This document shows, in pieces, positions 31,676-41,376 of a stretch of DNA of 64,000 nucleotides. The notes beneath the pieces are model-generated. The model made no database searches. It saw only the letters and a list, made by a program, of their open reading frames with translations, and was not told where the DNA came from. Made by a program: the position numbers and the translations under genes. Every line of letters begins with the position of its first letter. Position 1 is the stretch's first letter. Location of the stretch: positions 18,046-82,045 of IMG/VR virus record IMGVR_UViG_3300037587_000923; one strand, given 5' to 3'. This stretch comes from a virus.

Positions 31676-32338
31676 CTACGCTGACTGAACGCTTATGAGC
31701 TGAAGAGCCTGATTGTCCGCCTGAACGAAGTAATCAGCGTTGTTGACCTTTGCAATGTTGAATGTCCCGTTAATAAAGCCTTTGCCACCGAACTCTGTGG
31801 ATCCGTCGAACTCAGTAGTATCAAGATTTACCAAAGCCCTTGCGCTAAGCTCTGTACCGTCAGCAAGAACGAGTAGGTCGCTTGTGGCAGGAGTGTTCGT
31901 AAACACTTCACCAGTGCAAGTGATCTTCGTGAATCCTGCTCCAGCAGTTCCGCCACCAGCTGCGCTGACGATATCGATGGTGAGACTTGTCAAAGTTCCT
32001 GCATCAAGAGCTGACTCAGATACATCGTAGAACTTGACGAGATCTCCAACCTTGAACCTCTTCGCCAGTGCATCAGGGACGTCACACACGAAGTTTGTTG
32101 CGTTGGTAATGTCAGTCATTACTGCGTTGCTGAAGAATGGCATTGCATCATATGGAGATGCGGTCGCCCTTGCAAACAGATGTGGTCCCCGGGCAACCTC
32201 TGTGTCAGCAGATGATGTTCCGTACCTTGCGCTAGACCCATCTACAGTGATAGGTATGGTTGAGCCTGGATCCCCTATCATGGCGTCTTCGCCACCCTGG
32301 TTGGTATAAGGTGTTGTTACACCAGGAAATTCTTTCAT
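31676..32338 (-). CDS. Head decoration protein
   Basis: Located between protease/scaffold and capsid. Confidence 0.6.
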   Translation of the reverse strand: MKEFPGVTTPYTNQGGEDAMIGDPGSTIPITVDGSSARYGTSSADTEVARGPHLFARATASPYDAMPFFSNAVMTDITNATNFVCDVPDALAKRFKVGDLVKFYDVSESALDAGTLTSLTIDIVSAAGGGTAGAGFTKITCTGEVFTNTPATSDLLVLADGTELSARALVNLDTTEFDGSTEFGGKGFINGTFNIAKVNNADYFVQADNQALQLISVQSA

Positions 32339-32394
32339 CTTTTACCTCCTTGTTAAGTTTTTGAAGTTATTTATTTGACTTGGCTGTGGCACTG

Positions 32395-33957
32395 CTAACC
32401 TTCTTCGTCAGACCTGCATGTTCCGGTGGCCTTTCTTGCGAGTCTCTTGCCGTCCTCTATGTCGGCAGCCTCTGTTGAGGAACCTGAGCCTTCTTTCTTG
32501 CCGTCGCCACCAAGAATAGAGGTATCAGAACCCTCGAGAGACTTCTCCCAGTCATCAACCTCCGCCTGAAACACTGCTGCGAAAGCTTTGCCTGACTCGC
32601 TCTCCTTAGTGAAGGTCTCGCCCTCCTTAAGGTGATCATTGAAGTCGACCATCTTCTTGGTCTTGGCGTGAATCTTCTCCGGAAGGTCAGACTCGGCAAG
32701 AATACCATCCTGAATAGAATCGGCTACAGCCTTGGCTCCTGCAGTCTCCATCAGGGCGATCTTCTTGGTGCTCTCCTTCCCTTCCGTCTCGAGAGTGCCT
32801 ATTGTGCCTTTAGCCTCTTCGAGTTGAGTAGATATCTTGCTATGGTTCTCTGCAGAAACGTAGCCTTCGCGGGCTTCTTTCTGTATAGCAGATACATGCT
32901 CTGGGTATTCGGATTTCAGTTCCTTTAAATCCATACTTTCCTCCTTTACAGTTTTAGTTTTATTTCCGAGATCCTCTTTTGTGATTTTTGTAATGAGATT
33001 ATCGGGGACATTCGATACTGTCTCTGAGCTATCACCTCCTTTTGAGTTTGTTGATATAGCGCGGGTGCCGGCAGAGCAATCTAAAGAGCTATCGTGTCCT
33101 CCTATAATACTTTCAAGCGTTCCTATTTTGTGGACAAGCCCTCTTTCAAGAGCCTCTTTCCCGTTAAATATTTTGGAATCGGCAGTTTTGGTCTTTGCAT
33201 CGTCAACGGATATCCCAAGATTTTTGGCAATGCTCTCAACAAATATTTCATACAGACCATCAATCTCTCCTTGCATAAGATCCTCCCCTTCTTTAGAGAG
33301 AGGCTCCGCTTCCCTGGCAAGGCCTTTGTACTTCCCTTGATAAATGTATTTCTTTTTGACACCCTCATTCTCATAATATTTACTGTAGTCGTAGTGGGCC
33401 ATAATAACACCCACAGAGCCAATCAGGGCAGTTTCAGAAGAAGCAATAACCTCGTCGGCGGCACTGGCAATCCAATACGCAGCAGAAGCCGCCATGCCAT
33501 CCACATAAGCAGTTATCGGTTTTTCACCACGGTTTTCAAATATGAGATCGGCAAGTTCTTTTGTGCCGTCTATCGTCCCGCCAGGGCTACCGATTAAGAA
33601 AACAATACTTTCTACGCTATCGTCTGTGAGGGCTGCCTTGAAATCATTCCCGACAATTTCCATTGATGTAGCGCCCGAAAACTGCGTCATCATGTTGGCC
33701 TTTTTAAATAAGGGCCCTTTGACGGGAATAATAGCCTTACCGTTGGCGATGGACATTTCATGTGAATGTTCCATCTCACCAAGCATCTGTTCGCTCAACT
33801 CAATACCATGTATCTTGCGGCCGACAATTCCATGGATCTGGTCAAGCCAGCTTGGAGTAATAGCCCATGCGCTTTCGGTAAGCACACCGATCACGTTCTG
33901 ATATAATTGCTGCCCGACGTTTGTTGATAGCGATTTTTTGTGGTCGTTATTCTTCAT
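32395..33957 (-). CDS. S49 (SppA-like) prohead protease with scaffold C-terminus
   Basis: SPGG, MAASAAYWIASAAD, IGSVGV motifs. Confidence 0.92.
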   Translation of the reverse strand: MKNNDHKKSLSTNVGQQLYQNVIGVLTESAWAITPSWLDQIHGIVGRKIHGIELSEQMLGEMEHSHEMSIANGKAIIPVKGPLFKKANMMTQFSGATSMEIVGNDFKAALTDDSVESIVFLIGSPGGTIDGTKELADLIFENRGEKPITAYVDGMAASAAYWIASAADEVIASSETALIGSVGVIMAHYDYSKYYENEGVKKKYIYQGKYKGLAREAEPLSKEGEDLMQGEIDGLYEIFVESIAKNLGISVDDAKTKTADSKIFNGKEALERGLVHKIGTLESIIGGHDSSLDCSAGTRAISTNSKGGDSSETVSNVPDNLITKITKEDLGNKTKTVKEESMDLKELKSEYPEHVSAIQKEAREGYVSAENHSKISTQLEEAKGTIGTLETEGKESTKKIALMETAGAKAVADSIQDGILAESDLPEKIHAKTKKMVDFNDHLKEGETFTKESESGKAFAAVFQAEVDDWEKSLEGSDTSILGGDGKKEGSGSSTEAADIEDGKRLARKATGTCRSDEEG

Positions 33958-35608
33958 TCTTTTTTTCCTCCTCCTCTTCCTCCACTGCCGGAACGGTTTC
34001 TTTTTTTCTGCTGTCCTCGATCAACCTCTTATCTCTTTCTCTATTGAAGTCCTTGACCCCTATAGACCTGGCTGCCCTCTCGTCACTAACTCCTATCTTG
34101 GTGACGCCTTTGTGGTTATTGCCAAGGTATGCCGAAACTTTCCCAGCTATATCGCTCTCAAACTTTACATGGGGAGTTATTACCTCGACAAGCTCGGAGG
34201 GCTCGACATTATCTTTTATGATCTCCTCCTTACCGCCTTCATGATCTACAAACTCTTTCTCAAAGGTAGTTGGGAAGTCGGCGAGTATATGGGCTGCGTA
34301 AAAACATGCCCTAAGGAAATTGTATTGTATAAAGTGAGTGAACTTATGCTGCATGTTCTCTATGTCTATCTCGAGAGGTGACCTGGAGGCGCTTAGCGAT
34401 GAGTGGGTGGAGCCCCTTACATCACCTTGGAACATGTCTTGTGGTGACTGGGCGCCAGCACCAGCTATGTTGAGCAGGTCTCTGTTGTCTCCGTCAAGCC
34501 TAGACATCTGCGGAGCCTTAACGTCATACTCCATACCAGGCATCATGAATAGCTTAGACCCAGGGGTAAGCCTTTTTGTGAGACCAAAGGCGTCCTTCTC
34601 TTCGGCTGTCATCTTTTTGAATATGTGCCAGGCGAGCTTGCCAGCTGCTGTTTCGTTGAACTTGAATACGTTGGTATAGGAAGTGGCAGCCTTCTTGTGG
34701 TCTAGCTGCCATTTGATAGCATTCCAGTATAGATTGATCGCTTCGAGGATTGTTGATAGTTGAGATGTATCTCGGGCATACTCCATTATTCCCGACATGT
34801 TTTTCCAGTGGATGATGAAGCGTCTGTACCCGCCCATCTTCTTGAACCTTCTTTTATTGACTGTAGCTTTTGAGCTCTTGAGTTTGGTGGCATCTATTTT
34901 ATCTAAGACTTTCTTCTCTTTCAAGGGATCATACATTATGTTGATGTCAGGTATGATCTCCTTATCACCTATTTCATAGAATAGGGTTTCAGCAAAGTCA
35001 TCTGGATTGGTTATAAGACCGGTGTTGTTTTCACTATTACTGCCTCCACCTATCCTCGAGGGCTCGAAAGCCCTTACTGTCGCCTTGCCATCTTTATCAA
35101 ATGCCAACAAGAGAAATAGCTCTCCCTCTGCCTGCATCCTTGTAACCCATCCTGGGCTTCTGAAGTAGAGTTGGTTTCTATGTGAATACCAGAGGTCGTT
35201 TAGAAACCTTGATATCTTATGAACAGGTGAATAAAGAGAGAAGCCTGCGCCGGCTGTGTAGTCAGACTTTGAGTTTATACTCGCATTGATAGGGCCAAAT
35301 GTTCTGTACTTGTTCCAGCATTTAATTTGGAGTTCGCGCCATTCAGGCTTAGAGTCTTTACCTTTTCCGTCCTGCTTGGTTGTCTCCTCTAGGTCATCGG
35401 ATTGGAATAATACATTCGTATTTTGCCATGGGGAGAGAGCAAGTAGCCTTAAAGATGGGTCTTCTTTGATTAGGGCTTCCCATTCCTCGCTATTGATAGC
35501 GCCTTCAAAAGCTTCTGGAACCGAGTTGGAGTTCTCTTTATTCTGGCTAGAAGCATTTCTTTTTGCCGGCTTGCGCGGCTGGTTCTTTTTGGTCTTTCCC
35601 TCTGACAT
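33947..35608 (-). CDS. Portal protein
   Basis: 553 aa, first gene of the head module; EGELFL motif. Confidence 0.75.
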   Translation of the reverse strand: MSEGKTKKNQPRKPAKRNASSQNKENSNSVPEAFEGAINSEEWEALIKEDPSLRLLALSPWQNTNVLFQSDDLEETTKQDGKGKDSKPEWRELQIKCWNKYRTFGPINASINSKSDYTAGAGFSLYSPVHKISRFLNDLWYSHRNQLYFRSPGWVTRMQAEGELFLLLAFDKDGKATVRAFEPSRIGGGSNSENNTGLITNPDDFAETLFYEIGDKEIIPDINIMYDPLKEKKVLDKIDATKLKSSKATVNKRRFKKMGGYRRFIIHWKNMSGIMEYARDTSQLSTILEAINLYWNAIKWQLDHKKAATSYTNVFKFNETAAGKLAWHIFKKMTAEEKDAFGLTKRLTPGSKLFMMPGMEYDVKAPQMSRLDGDNRDLLNIAGAGAQSPQDMFQGDVRGSTHSSLSASRSPLEIDIENMQHKFTHFIQYNFLRACFYAAHILADFPTTFEKEFVDHEGGKEEIIKDNVEPSELVEVITPHVKFESDIAGKVSAYLGNNHKGVTKIGVSDERAARSIGVKDFNRERDKRLIEDSRKKETVPAVEEEEEEKKNEE

Positions 35609-35769
35609 TAATACTCCTGATCCACCTTTAACTTTGAATTTTGCCCTTTACTTATAGCTGCACTTTTTGGACAGGCTATTTTAAGAGTGATGGAAGTGCC
35701 TGCAATTACAAGCATTTATTTTTGGATTTAGGCATGCTGAAAAATATAAAAATAATTCCACTTTTCTTG

Positions 35770-35798
35770 TTGACTTTCATTGATGATTAATTTATGAT
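35770..35798 (+). promoter_or_regulatory. Sigma70-like promoter of the rightward arm
   Basis: TTGACT-17 bp-TATGAT in the divergent intergenic region. Confidence 0.7.
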
Positions 35799-35915
35799 GA
35801 TGAATAGTTAATGACGAAGGCGGATAACAATAAAAACAAGAGGGGTCTTTAGGCCTCCGCCTTCATTGAGAAGTTGGGTGGCCAGCCGTTAACATAAACA
35901 ATAAAAGGAGTGAAT

Positions 35916-36071
35916 ATGACTGATATGACTGAGAAAGAAATTGAAGTAGCAGACATCCTGTTAGAGGCAATAGTGAAAACAAGGAGTAAAAGACTATTTG
36001 GTATCACACGAGCAGTTTCTGATTACGCTCAATTTATTTCAGCGGCTTGTAAAAGGGCAAGTATTAATTAA
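35916..36071 (+). CDS. 51-aa ORF flanked by an 11-bp inverted repeat
   Basis: RBS AAGGAG; GGTGGCCAGCC (35877) and GGCTGGCCACC (36078). Confidence 0.55.
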   Translation: MTDMTEKEIEVADILLEAIVKTRSKRLFGITRAVSDYAQFISAACKRASIN

Positions 36072-36170
36072 CTAGAAGGCTGGCCACCGCTACAATAACG
36101 AGCGCCGGATTAGGCAAAAGACACCCTTTCGGGGCCGCGTTGATTAATTTTTAAACCCTTTGAGGTTCCT

Positions 36171-36392
36171 ATGAAATACGCAATAGAACAGAGATTAAGG
36201 TTGATAGATTTCCTTCTCTCTCAATACGGGAATGTGAATCGAAGCGCTATAATGGATTATTTCGGGATCGGGGAAGCGACTGCTACCAGAGATTTCGCTG
36301 AATATAAAAAACTTCGGCCTCGGAATATGGTTTATGACGGCAATGACAGAACCTACTATAAGACACAAAACTTTGAAAAAGAGTGGGTTTAA
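36171..36392 (+). CDS. Winged-HTH protein resembling the N-terminal domain of WYL regulators
   Basis: EQRLRLIDFLL..YG.V.R..I.DYFGI...ATRD..EY. Confidence 0.7.
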   Translation: MKYAIEQRLRLIDFLLSQYGNVNRSAIMDYFGIGEATATRDFAEYKKLRPRNMVYDGNDRTYYKTQNFEKEWV

Positions 36393-36404
36393 TTAGGAGA
36401 TTAC

Positions 36405-36641
36405 ATGAAGTGTAAATGTAGTAACTGTGGCTATGAGTGGGAAGCTAGAAGCGGCATGGAACCAAAGTCCTGTCCTTGCTGTAAGACTTACACCTGGAAC
36501 AAGGGTAAGGAAACTACAAAGAGATGTAAGTGTCTTTGTTGTGGTCATAAGTGGAGTGCTCGTGGAGGGAAGAAGCCAAAGTCCTGTCCTTGCTGTAAAT
36601 CCTATAAGTGGAATAAAAAGAAGGAGGTTGCCAATGCCTGA
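36405..36641 (+). CDS. Double Zn-ribbon protein
   Basis: Two copies of C..CG..W..R....PKSCPCCK...WN. Confidence 0.7.
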   Translation: MKCKCSNCGYEWEARSGMEPKSCPCCKTYTWNKGKETTKRCKCLCCGHKWSARGGKKPKSCPCCKSYKWNKKKEVANA

Positions 36642-36873
36642 GTGGATAATTCAAACTTTATATAGCGCTGCCCTTGGTGCCCTTGGGTGGGCCCTGATAG
36701 TAATATTATGCTACTGCATAACTCTCCTGACCAATAAGCTTTTAACGGCCAAGGTTGTGTTGGCCAACCAGAGGCTCCTTAATATTGAGCTGAAGGTTGC
36801 GGTCGAAGAAGGGAAGGTGGTTAGTATGGAAGAGTATAAAGAGTTCAAGCGTAGAGCTGAGGGGGGACTATGA
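36634..36873 (+). CDS. Small membrane protein
   Basis: RBS GGAGG, MPEWIIQ..., hydrophobic helix. Confidence 0.5.
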   Translation: MPEWIIQTLYSAALGALGWALIVILCYCITLLTNKLLTAKVVLANQRLLNIELKVAVEEGKVVSMEEYKEFKRRAEGGL

Positions 36874-37700
36874 GTAAGGATACTTATCTGGAAGGGTATG
36901 ATGCGGTGGCGGGAAAGAAGGAGTACATTACGTCATCTCAGATAGCTTCATTCTGTGAATGTGGAGTGGAATACCTCCGCAGGTATATTATGAAGGAGAA
37001 GACGGGCTACGGTTCTGCAGCAGCCTACGGAACAGCAGGGCACTATGCTGAGAATGAGATTAGTCTTCGCCCTAAAATAATCACCAAGAAAGATATGCCT
37101 CTCGATGTCGTTCAGGATGCGTTTAGAGACCACCTTCAAAGCATCAAGGGTGATATAAGATGGAACAAGAAAGAGAGGAAGGAGGGCGTAAGGAAGCTAT
37201 GGAGGGGGATGCAAGATGGCGGGATCATCGCAATGGAAAAGCTACATCTTGAGCTTGCCCCTAAAATTCAACCCATCTCCATCGAGGCCAAAATAAGAAT
37301 ACCCCTCAAGGACTTCCCTAAAGATATACTTGGCACTTGGGATATCGAATGCAGGAGAGATATCTGGGACTGGAAGTTTAAGGGTAAGACTCCAAACCAA
37401 GCTGATGCAGACGCCAATATAGGCTTTACTATCTACAATGCTGCCAAAAAAATTAACGATGGTATAGCGCCGCGCCACCTCCATATGGCAGGGATAGTCA
37501 AGCTTAAAAGAGGGCCAAAGACTTTCGACATTATCACTAAGAGGAATGACGATGATTTCCACAGGGTTCTTCTTACTGTCAATAAGATTCAAAAGTCTAT
37601 TGAGGCCGGGATCTTCCTTCCGGCCTCCCCATTATCGTGGAAATGTAGCCCAAATTGGTGTGATTTTTTTGAGACATGCACGGATAGGATCAAGAGGTAG
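36870..37700 (+). CDS. PD-(D/E)XK (RecB/Cas4-like) exonuclease
   Basis: S.SQI..F..C; G...H; GTWD...DWK; C-terminal W.C...WC.F...C. Confidence 0.8.
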   Translation: MSKDTYLEGYDAVAGKKEYITSSQIASFCECGVEYLRRYIMKEKTGYGSAAAYGTAGHYAENEISLRPKIITKKDMPLDVVQDAFRDHLQSIKGDIRWNKKERKEGVRKLWRGMQDGGIIAMEKLHLELAPKIQPISIEAKIRIPLKDFPKDILGTWDIECRRDIWDWKFKGKTPNQADADANIGFTIYNAAKKINDGIAPRHLHMAGIVKLKRGPKTFDIITKRNDDDFHRVLLTVNKIQKSIEAGIFLPASPLSWKCSPNWCDFFETCTDRIKR

Positions 37701-37703
37701 TCA

Positions 37704-38267
37704 TTGCCTAAGATTTATAAACACAAAGGTAAACTCACGGTCAGCATTAACGGGAATCATGTCAGACTAAAAGATCTTGCTAAGGAAGCTGGTATCTCTT
37801 GGGACACTGTCAGAACTCGCCGTTTCAACGGTATGGCTGAAACCCTAGAAATGGCTTTAAAGCCACCAAAAGGTATGGGTCAATAGTACCTTTCTAGTGG
37901 GTATCCAGCTGTTACTATTAACGGAAACCCAAAACACCTACATATCATAGTTGCAGAGAATGCATTGGGTCGGAAGTTGGGAGGAAAAGAAGAGGTTCAC
38001 CATTTTAACGAGGATAGGTGTGATTTTAGAAATAAGAATCTGGTGATATGTGATGGTAGAGAATACCACCTGTTGTTACACAGAAGAAGGGCTGCATTAA
38101 AAGCTACTGGCTATGCAAGCTCTAGGCGCTGCAAGATTTGTAGAAAATGGGACACCTTGGAGAGTGACGATCTTTATATCGACCCTAGCGGCAAGACTGT
38201 TTTTCACAAAAGCTGCAGAAGGCTGAAACGCAAATCAAAACGAAACACTAAACAGGAGGAAGTATAA
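37704..38267 (+). pseudogene. HNH endonuclease interrupted by an in-frame TAG
   Basis: TAG at 37884-37886; the same frame continues ...HIIVAENALGRKL..EEVHH.N.D..D.R..NL. Confidence 0.7.
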
Positions 38268-39403
38268 TGGAAAAAAATAAGGGTCTACAGCTAGTAGATA
38301 AAAAAGAAATGGCAGGGGGTGGTGGCTTTTCTCTTGCTCCAAGTAATCTAGGGGAGGCAATGGAGTTCGCCAAGATGATGGCTAATACAGACATGGTCCC
38401 TCGAGACTACGCTGGAAAACCTGCCAACATAATGATAGCTGTCCAGATGGGAGCCGAGATCGGCCTTAAACCGATGCAAAGCTTACAGAACATATCTGTG
38501 ATCAACGGCAGGCCTAGCGTGTGGGGAGACACCGCAATTGCATTAGTCAGGGTTCACCCTGACTGTGAGTCCATCAATGAATACCTTCTCGATAAAAATG
38601 GTAATAAGACCACTGGTACCGATTACGACACTGCAGTTTGTGTAGTGAAGAGGGCTGGCCAAGACGAAGAGATTAGGACTTTCAGCCTCGCTGACGCCAA
38701 AAAAGCCAGACTTATTGGTAAAACAGGGCCATGGTCTACTCACGAGAAGAGGATGTTGCAGCTGCGAGCTAGAGGTTTTGCTCTCCGTGATGTTTTTCCT
38801 GATGCATTAAAAGGCCTAGCGATTGCAGAGGAAGCTCAAGACTTACCACCTCGAGACATCACTCCTGCCAGGGAAGAAGTATTGACTCCCGAGTTCGATG
38901 TGCCCGTCATAGACACCGGCCGTAGTGTTATGGTTGAGGAGGTTGCCAATGAAGAAGTAGTTGATGCCGCCACTGGAGAGATCACTGAGGGGTCAGAGCA
39001 GAAGTCTGAGTCTGCCAAGATCGAGGATGACGACGCTCTCGATGCAACCGTTACCGGCATGATCGATCGTATTGAGAATATCGGTAATAAGTTCGAGGGG
39101 GATAACTGGCTGACCAAACATAGCTCTGAAATCAACAAGCTTCCGGAAGATGCCAAGGAAGTTGTTATGAACAACTACAAGGGGAAAATGGAAGATCTGG
39201 CATCGGAGGGTGTGGCCAAGGAAGAGGGATCAAAAGGTGACGAAGACTCCCTTGTTCTTGACTACATAAAGAAGCTGGAAAAACCTAAGAGCCTGGAGGA
39301 GCTTGACGCTATATTTGACGAGGCCCAGAATAAAATAAAGACCGGCGCAAAGGTTGTCGCCCTTCGTAAGGTTAGAGACAAGAAGGCACAGGATTTTAAG
39401 TAA
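38267..39403 (+). CDS. RecT-like single-strand annealing protein
   Basis: G.EIGL.PMQSLQNI.VINGRPS.WGD; W......ML..RA..FALRD.FPD.L.G. Confidence 0.85.
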   Translation: MEKNKGLQLVDKKEMAGGGGFSLAPSNLGEAMEFAKMMANTDMVPRDYAGKPANIMIAVQMGAEIGLKPMQSLQNISVINGRPSVWGDTAIALVRVHPDCESINEYLLDKNGNKTTGTDYDTAVCVVKRAGQDEEIRTFSLADAKKARLIGKTGPWSTHEKRMLQLRARGFALRDVFPDALKGLAIAEEAQDLPPRDITPAREEVLTPEFDVPVIDTGRSVMVEEVANEEVVDAATGEITEGSEQKSESAKIEDDDALDATVTGMIDRIENIGNKFEGDNWLTKHSSEINKLPEDAKEVVMNNYKGKMEDLASEGVAKEEGSKGDEDSLVLDYIKKLEKPKSLEELDAIFDEAQNKIKTGAKVVALRKVRDKKAQDFK

Positions 39404-39527
39404 CATTGGCATTGAGGGGCCGCCGGATTGATGGCAACCTCTTTCAAAAACTGAGTGGCGGGGAAAGCCGACTCCTGTAAAAATCAGACAGATGTTTAGG
39501 CGGTCACTCTCGAATAACTGGTTATGA
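39398..39527 (-). repeat. attC-like site A1
   Basis: TAAC..ATTGAGGGGCCGCC / GGCGGTCACTCTCGAAT..GTTA; extra C on the minus-strand left arm. Confidence 0.75.
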
Positions 39528-39543
39528 AACTTGGAGGTAGAAA

Positions 39544-39744
39544 ATGAACACTACAGAGCAACGCATGGCGGCAATATTTAACGAGTGGGCAAAACGTTAT
39601 TCTGAGAACCCTGACGCTTTCGGGCCTATATTTGATGATGAGGGGAAGCCGGTCACCGACTATGGAGTAAGATGCGCACGCTATTTCAAAAAGGTAGCCG
39701 ATGAAATGGACAGCAAGGGGATATTACCCGCACCTGTTTCATAA
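39544..39744 (+). CDS. Cassette gene, hypothetical
   Basis: Bracketed by GTTATGAAAC / GTTTCATAAC (10-bp perfect complement). Confidence 0.7.
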   Translation: MNTTEQRMAAIFNEWAKRYSENPDAFGPIFDDEGKPVTDYGVRCARYFKKVADEMDSKGILPAPVS

Positions 39745-39801
39745 CGCTTGAGGTAAGCGGAACGAGCGTAGCGAGTTTCCCACTTGAGCGAATTGTTATG
39801 T
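39739..39801 (-). repeat. attC-like site A2
   Basis: TAACGCTTGAGGTAAGCGGAA...TTCCCACTTGAGCGAATTGTTA; closely similar to A8. Confidence 0.8.
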
Positions 39802-39822
39802 TGAAACTTTTAACTATAGGAG

Positions 39823-40155
39823 ATGCTGATAATGACACCTGAAATTAATAAAAAATATTTAATTACGACCGATAATTGGTTTTTGGCACCTGATGGGAAT
39901 AGTTATCGCGCAGTATTTGGAACTGTCATAGGAATACAAACAGACGAAAATACATTGGGAGTTAAAACGAATAGAAGCTCGACAAACTGGTATGTTGCTA
40001 TCGGGAATATGTTGATCGCTGGTTGTCAAATACATTATGTAATCCAAGTGGATGAGGTAAGCTTTAACGCACCTAATAGAGAAATAGAGCACGATGGTAA
40101 ATTAACTAAAGAGAGGGAAAGCATAACAAGAATATATAATGCCGATGAAACATAA
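39823..40155 (+). CDS. Cassette gene, phage-type hypothetical
   Basis: TTDNWF.APDG..YRAVFG motif; GTTATGTT / AACATAAC brackets. Confidence 0.7.
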   Translation: MLIMTPEINKKYLITTDNWFLAPDGNSYRAVFGTVIGIQTDENTLGVKTNRSSTNWYVAIGNMLIAGCQIHYVIQVDEVSFNAPNREIEHDGKLTKERESITRIYNADET

Positions 40156-40348
40156 CGATTGAACTAAACTGCGGCGAAAGGAGAATATCATGAAATGGGA
40201 ATGTGGAAATTGTGGACACAAGGTTACTGAAAAAGAAACTGTTGAAGGTGGGAATAAAGAATGGAAATGCCCTAAATGTTCTAATATCAATAAGCATGAA
40301 AAAAAGAAAAGCGCGTTGAGCCGTCAGATTTGAGTGACTGGGTTAGGC
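40150..40348 (-). repeat. attC-like site A3 (loop encodes an ORF)
   Basis: ACTAAACTGCGGC versus minus-strand ACT[C]AAA[T]CTG[A]CGGC. Confidence 0.8.
40190..40333 (+). CDS. 47-aa Zn-ribbon peptide inside the attC loop
   Basis: RBS AAGGAG; MKWECGNCGH...WKCPKCS. Confidence 0.65.
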   Translation: MKWECGNCGHKVTEKETVEGGNKEWKCPKCSNINKHEKKKSALSRQI

Positions 40349-40371
40349 CGCACGAACCTTAGGAGGTAAGT

Positions 40372-40560
40372 TTGGAAAAGCCAGAATATTTAAAAGATGA
40401 ACATTTAAAATATCTAAATGAGCTGAAAGAAACCAAAATGGTACCCATGTTTGGAGCAGCATCTACCTTGAGATTATATTATGATTATCTGACAAAGGAG
40501 CAAGCCAGGAAAATATTAGCCTATTGGATAGACACATTTCAAGAGAGACATGCGGCATAA
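40372..40560 (+). CDS. Cassette gene, hypothetical
   Basis: NMFGA-like motif (PMFGAA..L); GTTAGGCCGCA / TGCGGCATAAC brackets. Confidence 0.65.
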   Translation: MEKPEYLKDEHLKYLNELKETKMVPMFGAASTLRLYYDYLTKEQARKILAYWIDTFQERHAA

Positions 40561-40757
40561 CAATTGAACTGTGCCGCTTGCAAAATTAAAGGAGAAAACC
40601 TATGAGTGGAGTTATAGACTTACCCTGTGGATGCACAATGGATGATTATTCAGGACTAGCACTTTATGTTTGCCAAGCGTGTAGAGAGCGCAAGAAGAGG
40701 CAAGAGACTTCAGAACGCGACAGCGTTTTGCAAGTCGGAACCAGTGATGGGTTAGAC
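40555..40757 (-). repeat. attC-like site A4 (loop contains a gene start)
   Basis: ACTGTGCCGCTTGCAAAA versus minus-strand ACT[G]GTTCCG[A]CTTGCAAAA. Confidence 0.75.
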
Positions 40758-40916
40758 TGCCCCCTTTGTGCGAAGATGGGGCCGAAAGAAGTTTATGAAA
40801 AGTGGGGCTTTGATTATGAAGCAAGATATAAAGACACATGCAAAGCGCATAGACCGCTAATGCTTGAGAGAATGGAAGATGGACTGAACAAGTTGAAAGA
40901 GCTTCTGGCAGACTAA
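40602..40916 (+). CDS. Cassette gene starting inside the attC, Cys-rich
   Basis: RBS AAGGAG in the loop; reads through the arm; GTTAGACTGCC / GGCAGACTAAC brackets. Confidence 0.65.
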   Translation: MSGVIDLPCGCTMDDYSGLALYVCQACRERKKRQETSERDSVLQVGTSDGLDCPLCAKMGPKEVYEKWGFDYEARYKDTCKAHRPLMLERMEDGLNKLKELLAD

Positions 40917-41272
40917 CAAGACAAGCTAAGGGGCTTGAACGAACGCAGTGAGAGAAAGTCCAAGGAGTGAAACGACTGTCTTTGAGCGCCTGGGTTATGT
41001 TTTTTGATATGACAGGGCAAAAAATCGGAGGTTATTATGGACGACATAGCAATAAATGAAGGTCAAAAGATATTTGAAGAAAGATATAAAAAGGGATTTC
41101 CAAAAGTGATATTTGGGGAGACGCACATCTCAATTCCTTGCACTTGCGACGATGGCGGTGGGCCTATTCACTGGGCAACAGTGCAGAACAACATAAGATC
41201 GATAGAAGAACATTTCCGGCATGAGGAGACTTTGCGTGAATTAAGGAAAATGGATAGGGACAAAACATAACG
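40914..41272 (+). repeat. Duplicated unit copy 1 (attC A5 plus 77-aa gene 41037-41270)
   Basis: 359 bp that read identical to 43242-43600. Confidence 0.9.
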
Positions 41273-41355
41273 TTGCCCTTAACCCGCACCTGAGCCAAGT
41301 TCCTATGAAATTGGAGACACCTTTAGGTGTCGGTGGTTCAAGGGCTTGGTTATAA
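41265..41355 (-). repeat. attC-like site A6
   Basis: GCCCTTAACCCGCACCT versus minus-strand GCCCTT[G]AACC[AC]CG[A]CACCT. Confidence 0.8.
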
Positions 41356-41376
41356 AACTTATCTTACGGAGGACTT

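Noticed and set aside
15120-35657. Plus-strand ORFs overlapping structural genes, and minus-strand ORFs in the rightward arm
   Set aside because: Antisense shadows of real genes without RBS or recognisable motifs
36095-36145. Possible attC at ATAACGAGCGCC...GCGTTG
   Set aside because: No convincing stem with correct spacers and no cognate R-box pairing
37884-37886. Genome-wide TAG recoding
   Set aside because: Many genes end at TAG with the next gene close behind, and long genes have no internal TAG; a single nonsense mutation in an HNH gene is simpler
40602-40916. Combinatorial fusion proteins created by crossover at the plus-strand GTT
   Set aside because: Extrahelical-base polarity and the duplication ends put the crossover at AA|C, so loop and body belong to the same cassette
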